Below, one piece after another: positions 9,777 to 19,159 of a stretch of DNA of 32,000 bases. The DNA is taken from positions 1,710,001-1,742,000 of the forward strand of contig NZ_CP017260.1 of NCBI RefSeq assembly GCF_001735745.1, in the 5' to 3' direction. Under the pieces are notes generated by a model that ran no database searches, had not been told where the DNA came from, and saw nothing but the letters and a program-made list of their open reading frames with translations. Source of the DNA: Formosa sp. Hel1_33_131. Lineage in GTDB: Bacteria; Bacteroidota; Bacteroidia; Flavobacteriales; Flavobacteriaceae. A program made the translations under genes and the position numbers. How positions within the stretch are numbered: the first letter of the stretch is position 1; each line of letters starts with the position of its first letter.

Positions 9777-10769
9777 TTGAAATTCAACAGTACGCAATCA
9801 ACCTCATTCTCGGTCTTAAAAACCATTGTTTTTTTGTTGGTTATTTGTGTATTTTCATGTCAAAATTCATCAAAAGTTGAAAAAGAAATATCTGGAATTG
9901 TTCTGAATTTAAACATTGAACGATTCGATCAGTTGTTTGCGACTTCAGCACCTTCGGAGCTTCCAGCTTTAAAACAAAACTATCCGTTTTTATTTTCCAA
10001 AAGATATGCAGACTCTGTATGGGTTCAACGTATGAGCGATCCAATTCAGCAGCTTCAAAATAAAGCGGTAGACAGTGTTTTTGAAGATTTCTCTAGTATT
10101 GAATCTGAAATAATAAGCTTTTATCAGCACCTTAAATATTATAACAAAGCACTCAAAACACCACGGCTAATTACGGTACTTTCTGATGTTGATTACCGTA
10201 ATAAAGTGGTCGTTACAGATTCTATTGTGCTTATTGCATTAGACACTTATCTTGGAGCAGAGCATGAATTTTATGCAAGTTTTTATGATTACATCAAACA
10301 AAATTTAAATAAGGATCAAATTGTTTCAGACTTGGCAACGGCTTATGCAGAGCAATTGATTTACCAACCCAAACGGGCCACGTTTCTAGAAGAAATGATT
10401 TACTATGGGAAGCAATTGTATTTGAAAGATCTTTTGATTCCATTTAAAGATAACAATCAAAAAATAGGTTATTCTTCAGCGCAATATGAATGGGCAGAAG
10501 AGAATGAGTTTTATATATGGCAGTACTTTGTTGAAAAGGAATTGTTGTATGAAACGGATCGAAAATTACTGTCACGGTTTATCATACCCGCTCCTTTTTC
10601 TCGATTTAATTTGGAATTGGACAGTGAGTCGCCAGGTCGGCTCGGTCAATATATAGGATGGCAAATTGTAAAATCCTATATGGAAAACAACGAAACCCCT
10701 TTACTTCAAATGCTTCAAATGGAAGCAACAGAGATTTTTAACAACGCAAAATTTAAACCAAAAAAATAA
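9777..10769 (+). CDS. gldB: Gliding motility lipoprotein GldB
   Basis: 330 aa. Lipoprotein signal 'VFLLVICVFSC' and 'NIERFDQLF', with the size typical of GldB. gldC follows immediately. The only usable start is TTG 9777, because there is no in-frame ATG before the signal peptide. Confidence 0.85.
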   Translation: MKFNSTQSTSFSVLKTIVFLLVICVFSCQNSSKVEKEISGIVLNLNIERFDQLFATSAPSELPALKQNYPFLFSKRYADSVWVQRMSDPIQQLQNKAVDSVFEDFSSIESEIISFYQHLKYYNKALKTPRLITVLSDVDYRNKVVVTDSIVLIALDTYLGAEHEFYASFYDYIKQNLNKDQIVSDLATAYAEQLIYQPKRATFLEEMIYYGKQLYLKDLLIPFKDNNQKIGYSSAQYEWAEENEFYIWQYFVEKELLYETDRKLLSRFIIPAPFSRFNLELDSESPGRLGQYIGWQIVKSYMENNETPLLQMLQMEATEIFNNAKFKPKK

Positions 10770-11104
10770 TGGCAACCCATACTTCAAAGATAGAAATGAC
10801 CGTAGAATTAGACGAAAATCGCGTGCCAGAAAATTTATTTTGGACGGCTCAAGATGGAGGAGTTGCTAATGAAGAAGCCAAGGCCATGATGTTGTCTGTG
10901 TGGGATCAAAAAAAACAGGAAACCCTTCGTATTGATTTGTGGACCAAAGACATGCCAGTGGATGAAATGAAATTATTTTTTCATCAAACATTGGTGACCA
11001 TGAGTGACACCTATTTACGTGCGACTCAAGATGAGAAAATGACCGCTACGATGAAAGATTTCTGTGATTATTTCGCTGAGAAATTAGAACTTGTAAAGAA
11101 GTAA
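10769..11104 (+). CDS. gldC: Gliding motility-associated protein GldC
   Basis: 111 aa. 'VELDENRVPE...WTAQDGG...LRIDLWTKDMPVDEMKLFFHQTLVTMSDTY..ATQDEKM..TMKDFCDYFAEKLEL' matches my recollection of GldC. Its start overlaps the gldB stop by 1 nt (TAATG). Confidence 0.85.
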   Translation: MATHTSKIEMTVELDENRVPENLFWTAQDGGVANEEAKAMMLSVWDQKKQETLRIDLWTKDMPVDEMKLFFHQTLVTMSDTYLRATQDEKMTATMKDFCDYFAEKLELVKK

Positions 11105-11105
11105 A

Positions 11106-12386
11106 TTACCATTCATTTAAGCGGTTGGAATCTAGTTTTAAAAAGATAAAAACCAAGATTGTAAACGCCCAAAGTCCTGACCCTCCATAACTAAAAAAGG
11201 GTAAGGGAATTCCAATGGTCGGAATGAGTCCCATTACCATCCCAATATTAATTAAAAAGTGGACAAACAGAATACTTGCGACGCTGTAGCCATAGACCCT
11301 GCTAAATTGTGATTTCTGCTGTTCTGATAGATATACAATGCGTAGAATCAACAACACAAATAGTAGAATAACGGCACTACTTCCAAAGAATCCCCATTCT
11401 TCACCAACGGTACTAAAGATATAATCGGTGTGTTGTTCTGGCACAAATTTTCCTTTGGTACGTGTGCCATCCATAAAACCTTTTCCAAACGTGCCTCCAG
11501 ATCGAATTGCTTTCTCCGACTCATTTAGGTTGTAAGAAATATTGCGCTTCATGGCTTGCAGTTTTTCGGGATCTTTTTCCAAGCGAAGCCAAAGTCCAAT
11601 ACGATCTTGTTGGTGGTTTTGAAGAACGTTATTATAGGCCCATTGCACCCCAAAACTCAATCCAATACTACAGATTAATACCGCCAGTACACCTCCTATT
11701 TTTTTCTTTTTACGTTTAAAAAATAGCTGATATATGAAAAGTAGTACCGCCATTGAGAGACATACTGCTGTTGCAGAAAACTTTAAAGTCGCAATGCCTA
11801 AAAATGCTACAAACACTGCAAATAATAGGTAGTACTGAGGAATGCCTTCTCTGTAAAACACAAAAAATAAACTTCCAAAAACGAGGGTGCTTCCCGCATC
11901 ATTTTGTAACAGAATTAAACCTGCTGGGATACCGACTAAGAAGGCTGCTCTTATCTGGTCTTTTTGTTCTTTGATGTTGGTTTGCAGGTCGCTAATATAC
12001 TTTGCTAGGGCCAAGGCCGTGGCGAATTTGGCAAATTCACTTGGCTGTAAAGTCATCCCCCCAAAATCATACCAAGAGATCGCCCCATTAATTTGCTTTC
12101 CGAAAATAAATAAACCGATTAGAGAAAGAATGGATCCGAGGTAAATGATGCTCGCAAAGCGTTCGTAAAACTTAGCATCGACGGATAAAATCAATATAAT
12201 TAAGATAATAGAACCTATGATAAAAATCAGTTGTTTGCCGTAGGGCTTGCTAATGTCAAAGTAGGATGTAAACTCACCCGCCGCAGAGGCGGATAAAATA
12301 TTGAAATACCCAAATATAACCAGTGCTGTAAAAATAATTACAGCCATCCAATCTAATTGAAAACTATTGGCGCGATTCAGGTTCAT
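11106..12386 (-). CDS. rodA: Rod shape-determining SEDS protein RodA (peptidoglycan glycosyltransferase)
   Basis: 426 aa polytopic membrane protein. 'LQPSEFAKF', 'HTDYIFSTVGEEWGF' and 'GLIPTIGIPLPFFSYGGS'. It is the last gene of the mre/mrd operon, with a 4-nt overlap with mrdA. Confidence 0.92.
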   Translation of the reverse strand: MNLNRANSFQLDWMAVIIFTALVIFGYFNILSASAAGEFTSYFDISKPYGKQLIFIIGSIILIILILSVDAKFYERFASIIYLGSILSLIGLFIFGKQINGAISWYDFGGMTLQPSEFAKFATALALAKYISDLQTNIKEQKDQIRAAFLVGIPAGLILLQNDAGSTLVFGSLFFVFYREGIPQYYLLFAVFVAFLGIATLKFSATAVCLSMAVLLFIYQLFFKRKKKKIGGVLAVLICSIGLSFGVQWAYNNVLQNHQQDRIGLWLRLEKDPEKLQAMKRNISYNLNESEKAIRSGGTFGKGFMDGTRTKGKFVPEQHTDYIFSTVGEEWGFFGSSAVILLFVLLILRIVYLSEQQKSQFSRVYGYSVASILFVHFLINIGMVMGLIPTIGIPLPFFSYGGSGLWAFTILVFIFLKLDSNRLNEW

Positions 12387-14248
12387 TTATCATTTATTTT
12401 AAAAGGTTTGCCGCTGTAAGGTTTAAGGTATTCGTCTTCTAAACTTTTTTCGAGAACCAATTTTTCCATGCGTTTTAAGGTGACTTCTCCTTTTATGTAT
12501 TTTTCAATCATCAAACTGGCTATACGTCCTGCCCAACGGGAACCGTAATATCCGTTTTCAACCAGAATGGCAATCGCAATTTTAGGATTATCTTTTGGAG
12601 CAAAAGCCACAAATATGGAATGGTCTGTGAGTTGTTGCCGTACTCCGTCAATTTTGGTGAAATTTTCGGCGGTGCCTGTTTTACCGCAAATTTCTATTCC
12701 CGGAACTTTCAGAAAACTGGCAGTTCCTTTTTTATAGACATCGTGCATTCCTTCAATAATAGGATCAAAATAGCCAGGATTAATGGACGTTTGTTTGGGG
12801 GTTGTAAAGTTAGGATTCATCTCTTCACCCTCAATAGATTTTAGGATGTGAGGGGTGTAATAATAGCCTTTATTCGCAATGGCGGCAGTCATATTTGCCA
12901 ATTGAATGGGCGTCACTAAAATCTCACCCTGACCAATCGCATTAGAAATGATGGTGGTAGCACCCCATTGAAAATCGGGATACCATTGGTCATAATAATT
13001 TCCATCAGGAATGTTTCCTTTTTTTCCTACCGATAAATCATTTCCCAAAAAATTCCCTAAACCGAAACTTTTTATATGACTGCTCCAGATGTCCATGGAC
13101 TCAGAAGCATCACTATATTTTTCAACAGTCGTTCTGAAAGCCATCGCAAAATAAGAGTTACACGAATAACTAATTCCAGAATCTAGATTTCTGAATCCAC
13201 CCCCACAATGGCACTGCATGACGCGTTTGTTTTTTCCATAGATGTATTTTCCCGAACAAATAATATTTGTTTTTGGAGTGATAGCATTTTCTTGTAAAGC
13301 GGTTAATGCCACTAACAATTTAAAAGGCGACCCTGGGACATGCATTCTTGTGAGACCTTTATCGATTAAAGGCCGATGAATGGAATCTAAATATAGCTTG
13401 GTGTAGTTTTTGGAGCGTTGGCGGCCGACTAATAAGTTTGGATTGTAAGAAGGTGCGGAGACAAGACTTAATATTTCGCCTGTACTTGGTTCAATGGCAA
13501 CAATCCCTCCAATTTTGTTTTGCATCAGTAATTCCCCATAGGCCTGAAGCTCAGAATCAATGGTAATTTTAATGTCTTTTCCAGGCACTGGAAGTGTGTC
13601 AAACGCCTCGTCTTTATAGGCGCCAATATCTCTGTTGTAAATATCTTTTTGGATGTATTTCACCCCTTTAATCCCTCTGAGTATTTTTTCATAAGAAATT
13701 TCGACGCCTTGCTTTCCAATCAAATCACCAAGACGGTAGTAGGAATCCTTTGCAATTTCACTCGTATTTGCCTCAGCGATGTAGCCTAATACATTGGCAC
13801 CAATGGAGGTTTGATAATCTCTTACGGACCTTTTTTGAATATAAAACCCTTTGAATTTTCTTAATTTTTCAGAGAGAAAAGCATAGTCTTCTTTTGAAAG
13901 GTGTGCTAAAAACACCGACGGTAATCGGGGCGAATAGCGCTTGGCGCGGTTGTAATATTTAAGAAAATTGGGCTTGTCAATTTTTAAAAGCTTACAAAAC
14001 ATAAGCGTATCTAAAGTCTCGACTTCTCTAGGAATCACCATCACGTCATAACTCGGTTGATTGGCCACCAAAAGACTGTCATTTCGATCGTAGATATAGC
14101 CGCGTTTTGGGTAATGAAACACTTTGCGAATGGCGTTGTCATTATCCATATCGAAGGCATCGGCAGTGTAAATTTGCAAATAAAACAAACGTCCAACAAA
14201 GCTAATCCCCGTTAGAATAACCAATCCAAAAAGCAGTACTTTTCTCAT
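12383..14248 (-). CDS. mrdA: Penicillin-binding protein 2 (elongasome transpeptidase)
   Basis: 621 aa with an N-terminal TM anchor. Transpeptidase motifs SxxK 'GSPFK', SxN 'SCNSYF' and KTG 'GKTGTA'. It sits between mreD and rodA with 4-nt overlaps on both sides. Confidence 0.92.
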   Translation of the reverse strand: MRKVLLFGLVILTGISFVGRLFYLQIYTADAFDMDNDNAIRKVFHYPKRGYIYDRNDSLLVANQPSYDVMVIPREVETLDTLMFCKLLKIDKPNFLKYYNRAKRYSPRLPSVFLAHLSKEDYAFLSEKLRKFKGFYIQKRSVRDYQTSIGANVLGYIAEANTSEIAKDSYYRLGDLIGKQGVEISYEKILRGIKGVKYIQKDIYNRDIGAYKDEAFDTLPVPGKDIKITIDSELQAYGELLMQNKIGGIVAIEPSTGEILSLVSAPSYNPNLLVGRQRSKNYTKLYLDSIHRPLIDKGLTRMHVPGSPFKLLVALTALQENAITPKTNIICSGKYIYGKNKRVMQCHCGGGFRNLDSGISYSCNSYFAMAFRTTVEKYSDASESMDIWSSHIKSFGLGNFLGNDLSVGKKGNIPDGNYYDQWYPDFQWGATTIISNAIGQGEILVTPIQLANMTAAIANKGYYYTPHILKSIEGEEMNPNFTTPKQTSINPGYFDPIIEGMHDVYKKGTASFLKVPGIEICGKTGTAENFTKIDGVRQQLTDHSIFVAFAPKDNPKIAIAILVENGYYGSRWAGRIASLMIEKYIKGEVTLKRMEKLVLEKSLEDEYLKPYSGKPFKINDK

Positions 14249-14751
14249 GTTTCTTTTTTGCTAAATAGTGATGAAAAGAGTAAACAAAGTATCAATGTAA
14301 AAATGCTGGAATACAAGGCTTGTTCAATGATTAATGCTATTTTATTTTCATCAAACAAAACAAGAGAAAATAAAATGAAATGATGAATTACGATGAGGAA
14401 TAAAAAGTAAACCAAGCGTTGACTAAAGCCAGTGTTGCTAAATTTTATTGCTTGATAATCATACGCTGCTCCAAATGAAAACTTCAGAAAAAGTGGTCGG
14501 ATGTAGGCAATAGCCACACTTGCTGCTGCGTGCATTCCTCCAGAATCTAAAAATATATCGATAGACAATCCTAACAAAAAGCTCACGAAAATAAACAACA
14601 AGCGATTGTTTACAATGGGGTATAACAATATAAAAATGACATAGACATAAGGATTCAGGTCTCCTAAAAAATTGATATTACTACAGACAACGACCTGAAA
14701 TATAACCAGTCCTATAAAACTTAAAATAGTTTTCAATACACTATTATTCAT
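14245..14751 (-). CDS. mreD: Rod shape-determining protein MreD
   Basis: 168 aa multi-pass hydrophobic protein located between mreC and mrdA. Its start overlaps the mreC stop by 8 nt. Confidence 0.8.
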   Translation of the reverse strand: MNNSVLKTILSFIGLVIFQVVVCSNINFLGDLNPYVYVIFILLYPIVNNRLLFIFVSFLLGLSIDIFLDSGGMHAAASVAIAYIRPLFLKFSFGAAYDYQAIKFSNTGFSQRLVYFLFLIVIHHFILFSLVLFDENKIALIIEQALYSSIFTLILCLLFSSLFSKKET

Positions 14752-15550
14752 CGGAAAGATTTAAGGCTTCTAGCTCGTTAATATCTGTATTTTTTATAAT
14801 GTAAACATGCTCCAGATTTTTCATGTCATTAAACAATTTGACATCAATAATATAAAGGTCTTCTGTATCATTGAGCCGGTAAGAATTAATGCTTCCAACA
14901 GGAATGTTAGGAGGGAAGGTTGAGGAGTATCCACTAGTGACAATCGTATCTCCGACAGTCAATTCTACAAGGTCTTGTACGTCTTTTAGTTGTGCTATTT
15001 CTGGAGATTTACCATCCCAACTCAAAATCCCAAAATAATTTGTTTTTTGTAATTTCACATTAATCCGACTGTTTGTATTTAAAATTGATAACACCCTAGA
15101 ATAGTTTTTAGAGGTAGCGTCAATGATTCCCACAATACCTTTGGAAGTAATCACGCCATAATCTTCTTTAATACTGTCGCTTCGCCCTTTGTTAAGAGTT
15201 AAATAATTATTGGGAAGAGAAAAGCTGTTTTTATAAACCAGACTTGGGTGCAAGTCGTATTTGTATTCCAAAACAGAATCGACGGGAACAGAATCCTCAT
15301 GACTAAAAACCATCATTTTCAAGCGGCTATTTTCCTCTAGAAGTAATTGGTTCTCCTTTTTTAAATTGAAATATTGAGTGACGCCATGAAACGTGCCGTA
15401 GATACTCCCGGTTATTTGATTGGAAGAATTCAGGAATTTACTGCGGTGATACTCATGCGATTGAATCGTGAGTGAAAAGGCATAAGAAAACAACAACAAA
15501 AACAAGACAAATGTTTTGTTTTTAATGAAGAAATTAAAAAGTTGTTGCAT
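14744..15550 (-). CDS. mreC: Rod shape-determining protein MreC
   Basis: 268 aa. N-terminal TM segment, a coiled-coil 'ENQLLLEENSRLK', then beta-domain motifs 'GVITSKGIVGII' and 'GDTIVTSGYSSTFPPNIPVG'. It lies immediately downstream of mreB. Confidence 0.88.
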   Translation of the reverse strand: MQQLFNFFIKNKTFVLFLLLFSYAFSLTIQSHEYHRSKFLNSSNQITGSIYGTFHGVTQYFNLKKENQLLLEENSRLKMMVFSHEDSVPVDSVLEYKYDLHPSLVYKNSFSLPNNYLTLNKGRSDSIKEDYGVITSKGIVGIIDATSKNYSRVLSILNTNSRINVKLQKTNYFGILSWDGKSPEIAQLKDVQDLVELTVGDTIVTSGYSSTFPPNIPVGSINSYRLNDTEDLYIIDVKLFNDMKNLEHVYIIKNTDINELEALNLSDE

Positions 15551-15560
15551 TACTTAAGTT

Positions 15561-16589
15561 CTATTTTATCAAGACACTTTTATACTTCGCAATATTTTTT
15601 AGAACAATTCCAGTTCCTCTAACAACGGCTCTTAGCGGATCTTCCGCAATATAAACAGGCAAGTCTGTTTTTTGAGACAATCGTTTGTCCAAACCTCTTA
15701 ACATCGATCCACCACCTGCAAGATAGATGCCTGTGTTGTAAATATCAGCCGCCAGTTCTGGAGGTGTTTGTGAGAGGGTTTCCATCACGGAATCTTCAAT
15801 TCTAAGAATCGATTTGTCCAATGCTTTCGAAATTTCTCGGTGCGTAATTTGAACCTGTTTTGGTTTTCCTGTCAACAAATCTCGCCCTTGAACGTTCATT
15901 TCATCTGGCGGAATTTCTAAATCTTCCGTCGCGGCACCAATTTGTATTTTTATTTTTTCTGCGGTGCGATCTCCAACATATAGGTTATGTTGTGTACGCA
16001 TATAATATATGATATCATTTGTAAAGACATCTCCTGCTACTTTTACGGATTTGTCACAGACAATACCTCCGAGAGCAATCACAGCAATTTCGGTAGTTCC
16101 ACCACCAATGTCCACAATCATATTTCCTTTTGGTTGCATGATATCCACTCCAATCCCAATAGCCGCAGCCATTGGTTCATGAATTAAATACACTTCTTTA
16201 CCGTTCACACGTTCAGCCGATTCTTTTACCGCACGCATTTCTACTTCGGTAATCCCCGAAGGAATACAAATCACCATTCTCAGAGAGGGTGTGAATAATT
16301 TATTCTTTAGTGCTGGAATACTTTTGATAAACAAACTTATCATTTGTTCAGACGCATCAAAATCTGCAATAACACCATCTTTCAGGGGGCGAATTGTTTT
16401 GATGTTTTCATGCGTTTTTCCTTGCATCAAGTTGGCTTCTTTACCGACCGCAATAATTTTTCCAGAGACACGGTCTCTAGCAACAATGGAAGGGCTGTCA
16501 ATCACAACTTTGTCATTGTGAATAATTAAAGTGTTGGCGGTGCCTAAATCGATGGCTATTTCTTCTGTCAAGAAGTCAAAAAATCCCAT
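15561..16589 (-). CDS. mreB: Actin-like rod shape-determining protein MreB
   Basis: 342 aa. 'IAIDLGTANTLI', 'VDIGGGTTEIAVI' and 'GIYLAGGGSMLRGLD'. Confidence 0.95.
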   Translation of the reverse strand: MGFFDFLTEEIAIDLGTANTLIIHNDKVVIDSPSIVARDRVSGKIIAVGKEANLMQGKTHENIKTIRPLKDGVIADFDASEQMISLFIKSIPALKNKLFTPSLRMVICIPSGITEVEMRAVKESAERVNGKEVYLIHEPMAAAIGIGVDIMQPKGNMIVDIGGGTTEIAVIALGGIVCDKSVKVAGDVFTNDIIYYMRTQHNLYVGDRTAEKIKIQIGAATEDLEIPPDEMNVQGRDLLTGKPKQVQITHREISKALDKSILRIEDSVMETLSQTPPELAADIYNTGIYLAGGGSMLRGLDKRLSQKTDLPVYIAEDPLRAVVRGTGIVLKNIAKYKSVLIK

Positions 16590-16687
16590 ATGCTATAAAA
16601 AATTTATCAAAAATATTAAAGTAATATGCTGTTTTGTAAATGTACTAAAATAAACTTGAGTTTGAAAATAGCTTTTACGTAAATAAT

Positions 16688-18220
16688 TTAGTGTTTAAAA
16701 TGACGTGTTTTTGTAAACACCATCGCTACATTGTTGGCGTTGCAATAATCAATACTCAACTGATCTTTAATGGAGCCTCCCGGTTGGATGACGGCTGTAA
16801 TTCCTGCATTTTTTGCAATTTCCACACAATCAGGAAATGGGAAAAAAGCATCACTTGCCATCACGGCACCGTTCAATTTGAAATCAAATGAATTCGCTTT
16901 ATGGATGGCTTGATTTAAAGCATCGACACGACTTGTTTGTCCCGTTCCACTCGCAAATAATTGTTTGTTTTTGGCTAAAACAATAGTATTTGACTTGGTG
17001 TGTTTGCATATTTTAGAAGCGAATAATAAATCTTCAATCTCACTTTCAATTGGGGTCGCAGTAGTTGCGTTTTCCAAGATCTTTCGCTCATCGGTAATCA
17101 TGTTTTTCTCCTGAACTAAGACACCATTCAAACAACTTCTTACACCAGTTTCGGGTAAATCAACCGTATTTTGAATTAATAAAATTCTATTCTTTTTTCC
17201 TTTTAAAAGCGTTTCTGCTTCTGTACTGAAAGAAGGTGCAATGACCACTTCACAAAATAAACCGTGAATTTCCTCAGCAGTCGCCAAGTCAATCTCGCTG
17301 TTAGAAATTAAGACACCACCAAAAGCCGATACAGGATCTCCTGCCAAGGCATCTACATACGCTTGATGGATGGTCTCTCGTTGTGCAACACCACAGGCAT
17401 TGTTGTGTTTTAAAATGGCAAACGTTGGTTTTTCATCATGAAATTCATTCATTAGGTTCACAGCGGCATCCACATCCAATAGGTTGTTGTAGCTCAATTC
17501 TTTTCCGTGAAGCTTCGTAAACATGGCTTCAAAATCGCCAAAGAAATAGCCTTTTTGATGTGGGTTTTCTCCGTAACGAAGTACTTTGCCTTCGGTTTCA
17601 CTAATTTTTAAAACAACCTCTTCTTTTTCGCTATTGAAATAATTAAAAATAGAACTGTCGTAATGCGATGACACATTAAAGGATTTGGTAGCAAAGCGTT
17701 TGCGGTCTTCAATTGAAATGCGTCCTTCGTCCTCAGAAATGAGTCCTAAGAATTCAGCATAATCGTCTACAGACGATACACAGATTACATCTTTATAATT
17801 TTTGGCGGCGGCACGAATTAATGAAATCCCACCGATGTCAATTTTTTCAATAATATCGTCATTGCTAGCACCTGATGCGACTGTTTTTTCAAATGGATAC
17901 AGATCCACAATAACAGCATCGATTTGAGGAATTGAAAACGAATTCATTTCTTCCACATCTTGTGCATTGTCTTGACGGTTTAAGATCCCACCAAATATTT
18001 TTGGATGCAAGGTTTTTACACGTCCTCCAAGAATAGAAGGGTAGTCTGTGATCTCTTCTGCGGGTACGACCTTAATTCCTAAGTCGTTAATAAATTTTTG
18101 AGTGCCTCCAGTGGAGTAGATGGTCACACCTTGTGCGTTGAGTTTTTCAACAATGGGTGCGAGTCCCTCTTTGCTAAATACGGATATTAAGGCGGATTTG
18201 ATTGTTTTGCTTTGGCTCAT
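16688..18220 (-). CDS. purH: Bifunctional AICAR transformylase / IMP cyclohydrolase
   Basis: 510 aa. N-terminal MGS-like domain 'ALISVFSKEGL...IYSTGGT', 'VKTLHPKIFGGIL', and C-terminal 'VIQPGGSIKD...TKTRHFKH'. Confidence 0.95.
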   Translation of the reverse strand: MSQSKTIKSALISVFSKEGLAPIVEKLNAQGVTIYSTGGTQKFINDLGIKVVPAEEITDYPSILGGRVKTLHPKIFGGILNRQDNAQDVEEMNSFSIPQIDAVIVDLYPFEKTVASGASNDDIIEKIDIGGISLIRAAAKNYKDVICVSSVDDYAEFLGLISEDEGRISIEDRKRFATKSFNVSSHYDSSIFNYFNSEKEEVVLKISETEGKVLRYGENPHQKGYFFGDFEAMFTKLHGKELSYNNLLDVDAAVNLMNEFHDEKPTFAILKHNNACGVAQRETIHQAYVDALAGDPVSAFGGVLISNSEIDLATAEEIHGLFCEVVIAPSFSTEAETLLKGKKNRILLIQNTVDLPETGVRSCLNGVLVQEKNMITDERKILENATTATPIESEIEDLLFASKICKHTKSNTIVLAKNKQLFASGTGQTSRVDALNQAIHKANSFDFKLNGAVMASDAFFPFPDCVEIAKNAGITAVIQPGGSIKDQLSIDYCNANNVAMVFTKTRHFKH

Positions 18221-18331
18221 TTGGAAGTCTAAAAATTAAAAAACAAAAGTAGGCAATTATCACAGAAAAATGGAGTCGAAATTCCTCTAAAAAAAAGGTT
18301 TTTTTTAACGAATCCCTAGAGTTGTTAACAA

Positions 18332-18784
18332 CTACATAAGCGTAGCAACCGATTGGCACACAAATTCTAAGAAATGTTCATCAGCATCTGTAAATGGGTC
18401 AGCTGTACTAGAATCAATATCTATTTGCCCTATGTTTTGACCATTGACAAACAAAGGGACTACAATTTCAGATTTCACATTGATGTTACAAGCAATATAA
18501 TTATCCTGTGCTTTCACATCGGGAACCACAAAATTTTCATTGCTTAGGGCGACTTGCCCGCAAATCCCTTTACCAAACGGGATGATTGTATGGTCTGTAG
18601 GAGTTCCTGAATAAGGACCAAGTTTCAACTCTTCCTTGTCTCCATTTTTAAAATAAAACCCAACCCAATCATAATGAGGTATTTCCGTTTTTAATAAATC
18701 ACAGATCAATTGCAAGCTGTGATCCTTTGAACTAGAATCTGAAATTATGGCTGTTATTTTAGGTTTTAAAACATCAAAAGTCAT
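18332..18784 (-). CDS. GAF-domain protein, free methionine-(R)-sulfoxide reductase (MsrC/YebR)-like
   Basis: 'WVGFYF', 'LGPYSG', 'IPFGKGICGQ', 'YIACNINVKSEIVVPL' and 'GQIDIDS..DPFTDADE' align with E. coli YebR as I recall it. Start set at ATG 18784 (MTFDVLK). Confidence 0.75.
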   Translation of the reverse strand: MTFDVLKPKITAIISDSSSKDHSLQLICDLLKTEIPHYDWVGFYFKNGDKEELKLGPYSGTPTDHTIIPFGKGICGQVALSNENFVVPDVKAQDNYIACNINVKSEIVVPLFVNGQNIGQIDIDSSTADPFTDADEHFLEFVCQSVATLM

Positions 18785-18987
18785 GAAAAATAATTTTTGT
18801 AAAAATACCATTTCTGCGTTTAATCCTATTAAATTGAATTAATTTTTCTGTACTCAGGTAATTATTCATAATCTTATAACAATAACCATTGGATTCTTTC
18901 AAACAACAAATTTAAACCTTAGACAAATTAGATTAGATAGTATTGATATTGGATAATATTCAATCATTTTTAATTAGTTTCAAGAGC

Positions 18988-18995
18988 TATTTTTG
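18988..18995 (+). promoter_or_regulatory. Putative Bacteroidota -7 promoter box (TAnnTTTG) upstream of lipoprotein paralog 1
   Basis: 'TATTTTTG' lies 81 nt upstream of the first ATG. An identical copy is found at 20966-20973. This is a motif match only, in AT-rich DNA. Confidence 0.25.
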
Positions 18996-19069
18996 ACTAA
19001 TTACTATTTTAAGAGTCAGAATAAGCTGAAAAAAGGACTTTAAACAGAGAGTAGGCATAATTAAAATAT

Positions 19070-19159
19070 AAATCAATGAAATCAATGAAATCAATGAAAT
19101 CAATGAAATCAATGAAATCAATGAAATCAATGAAATCAATGAAATTAATGAAATTAATG
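19070..19159 (+). repeat. 9-bp in-frame tandem repeat over the start codon: (ATGAAATCA)x7 (ATGAAATTA)x2 ATG
   Basis: Counted directly. A partial unit aaatca is followed by seven ATGAAATCA, two ATGAAATTA, then ATGAAGTTC. This encodes (MKS)7(MKL)2MKF. Confidence 0.97.

Noticed and set aside
18320-18333. Perfect 14-bp palindrome agttgttaacaact overlapping the stop codon of the GAF-domain gene
   Set aside because: It is short, AT-rich and isolated, with no partner site or adjacent regulator. It is most likely coincidental.
18174-18359. 61-aa minus-strand ORF bridging the purH start and the GAF gene end
   Set aside because: It overlaps two supported genes and the intergenic A/T runs. There is no signal of function.
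18941-18967. Fur/Zur-box-like AT-rich imperfect inverted repeat 'tattgatattggataatattcaatcat', containing a GATAAT hexamer, upstream of the lipoprotein gene. The single upstream difference between the two copies (T18954 / C20932) falls inside it.
   Set aside because: Only about 9 of 10 positions pair, and that requires a 1-nt bulge. The region is very AT-rich, so such matches are expected by chance. It lies upstream of the putative -7 box rather than over it. I cannot support a regulator assignment without a lineage-specific motif model.
19070-19159. Possible CRISPR array or minisatellite
   Set aside because: The units are 9 bp, directly abutting with no spacers, and in frame with the downstream signal peptide. 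There are no cas genes. It is a coding tandem repeat, not a CRISPR array.
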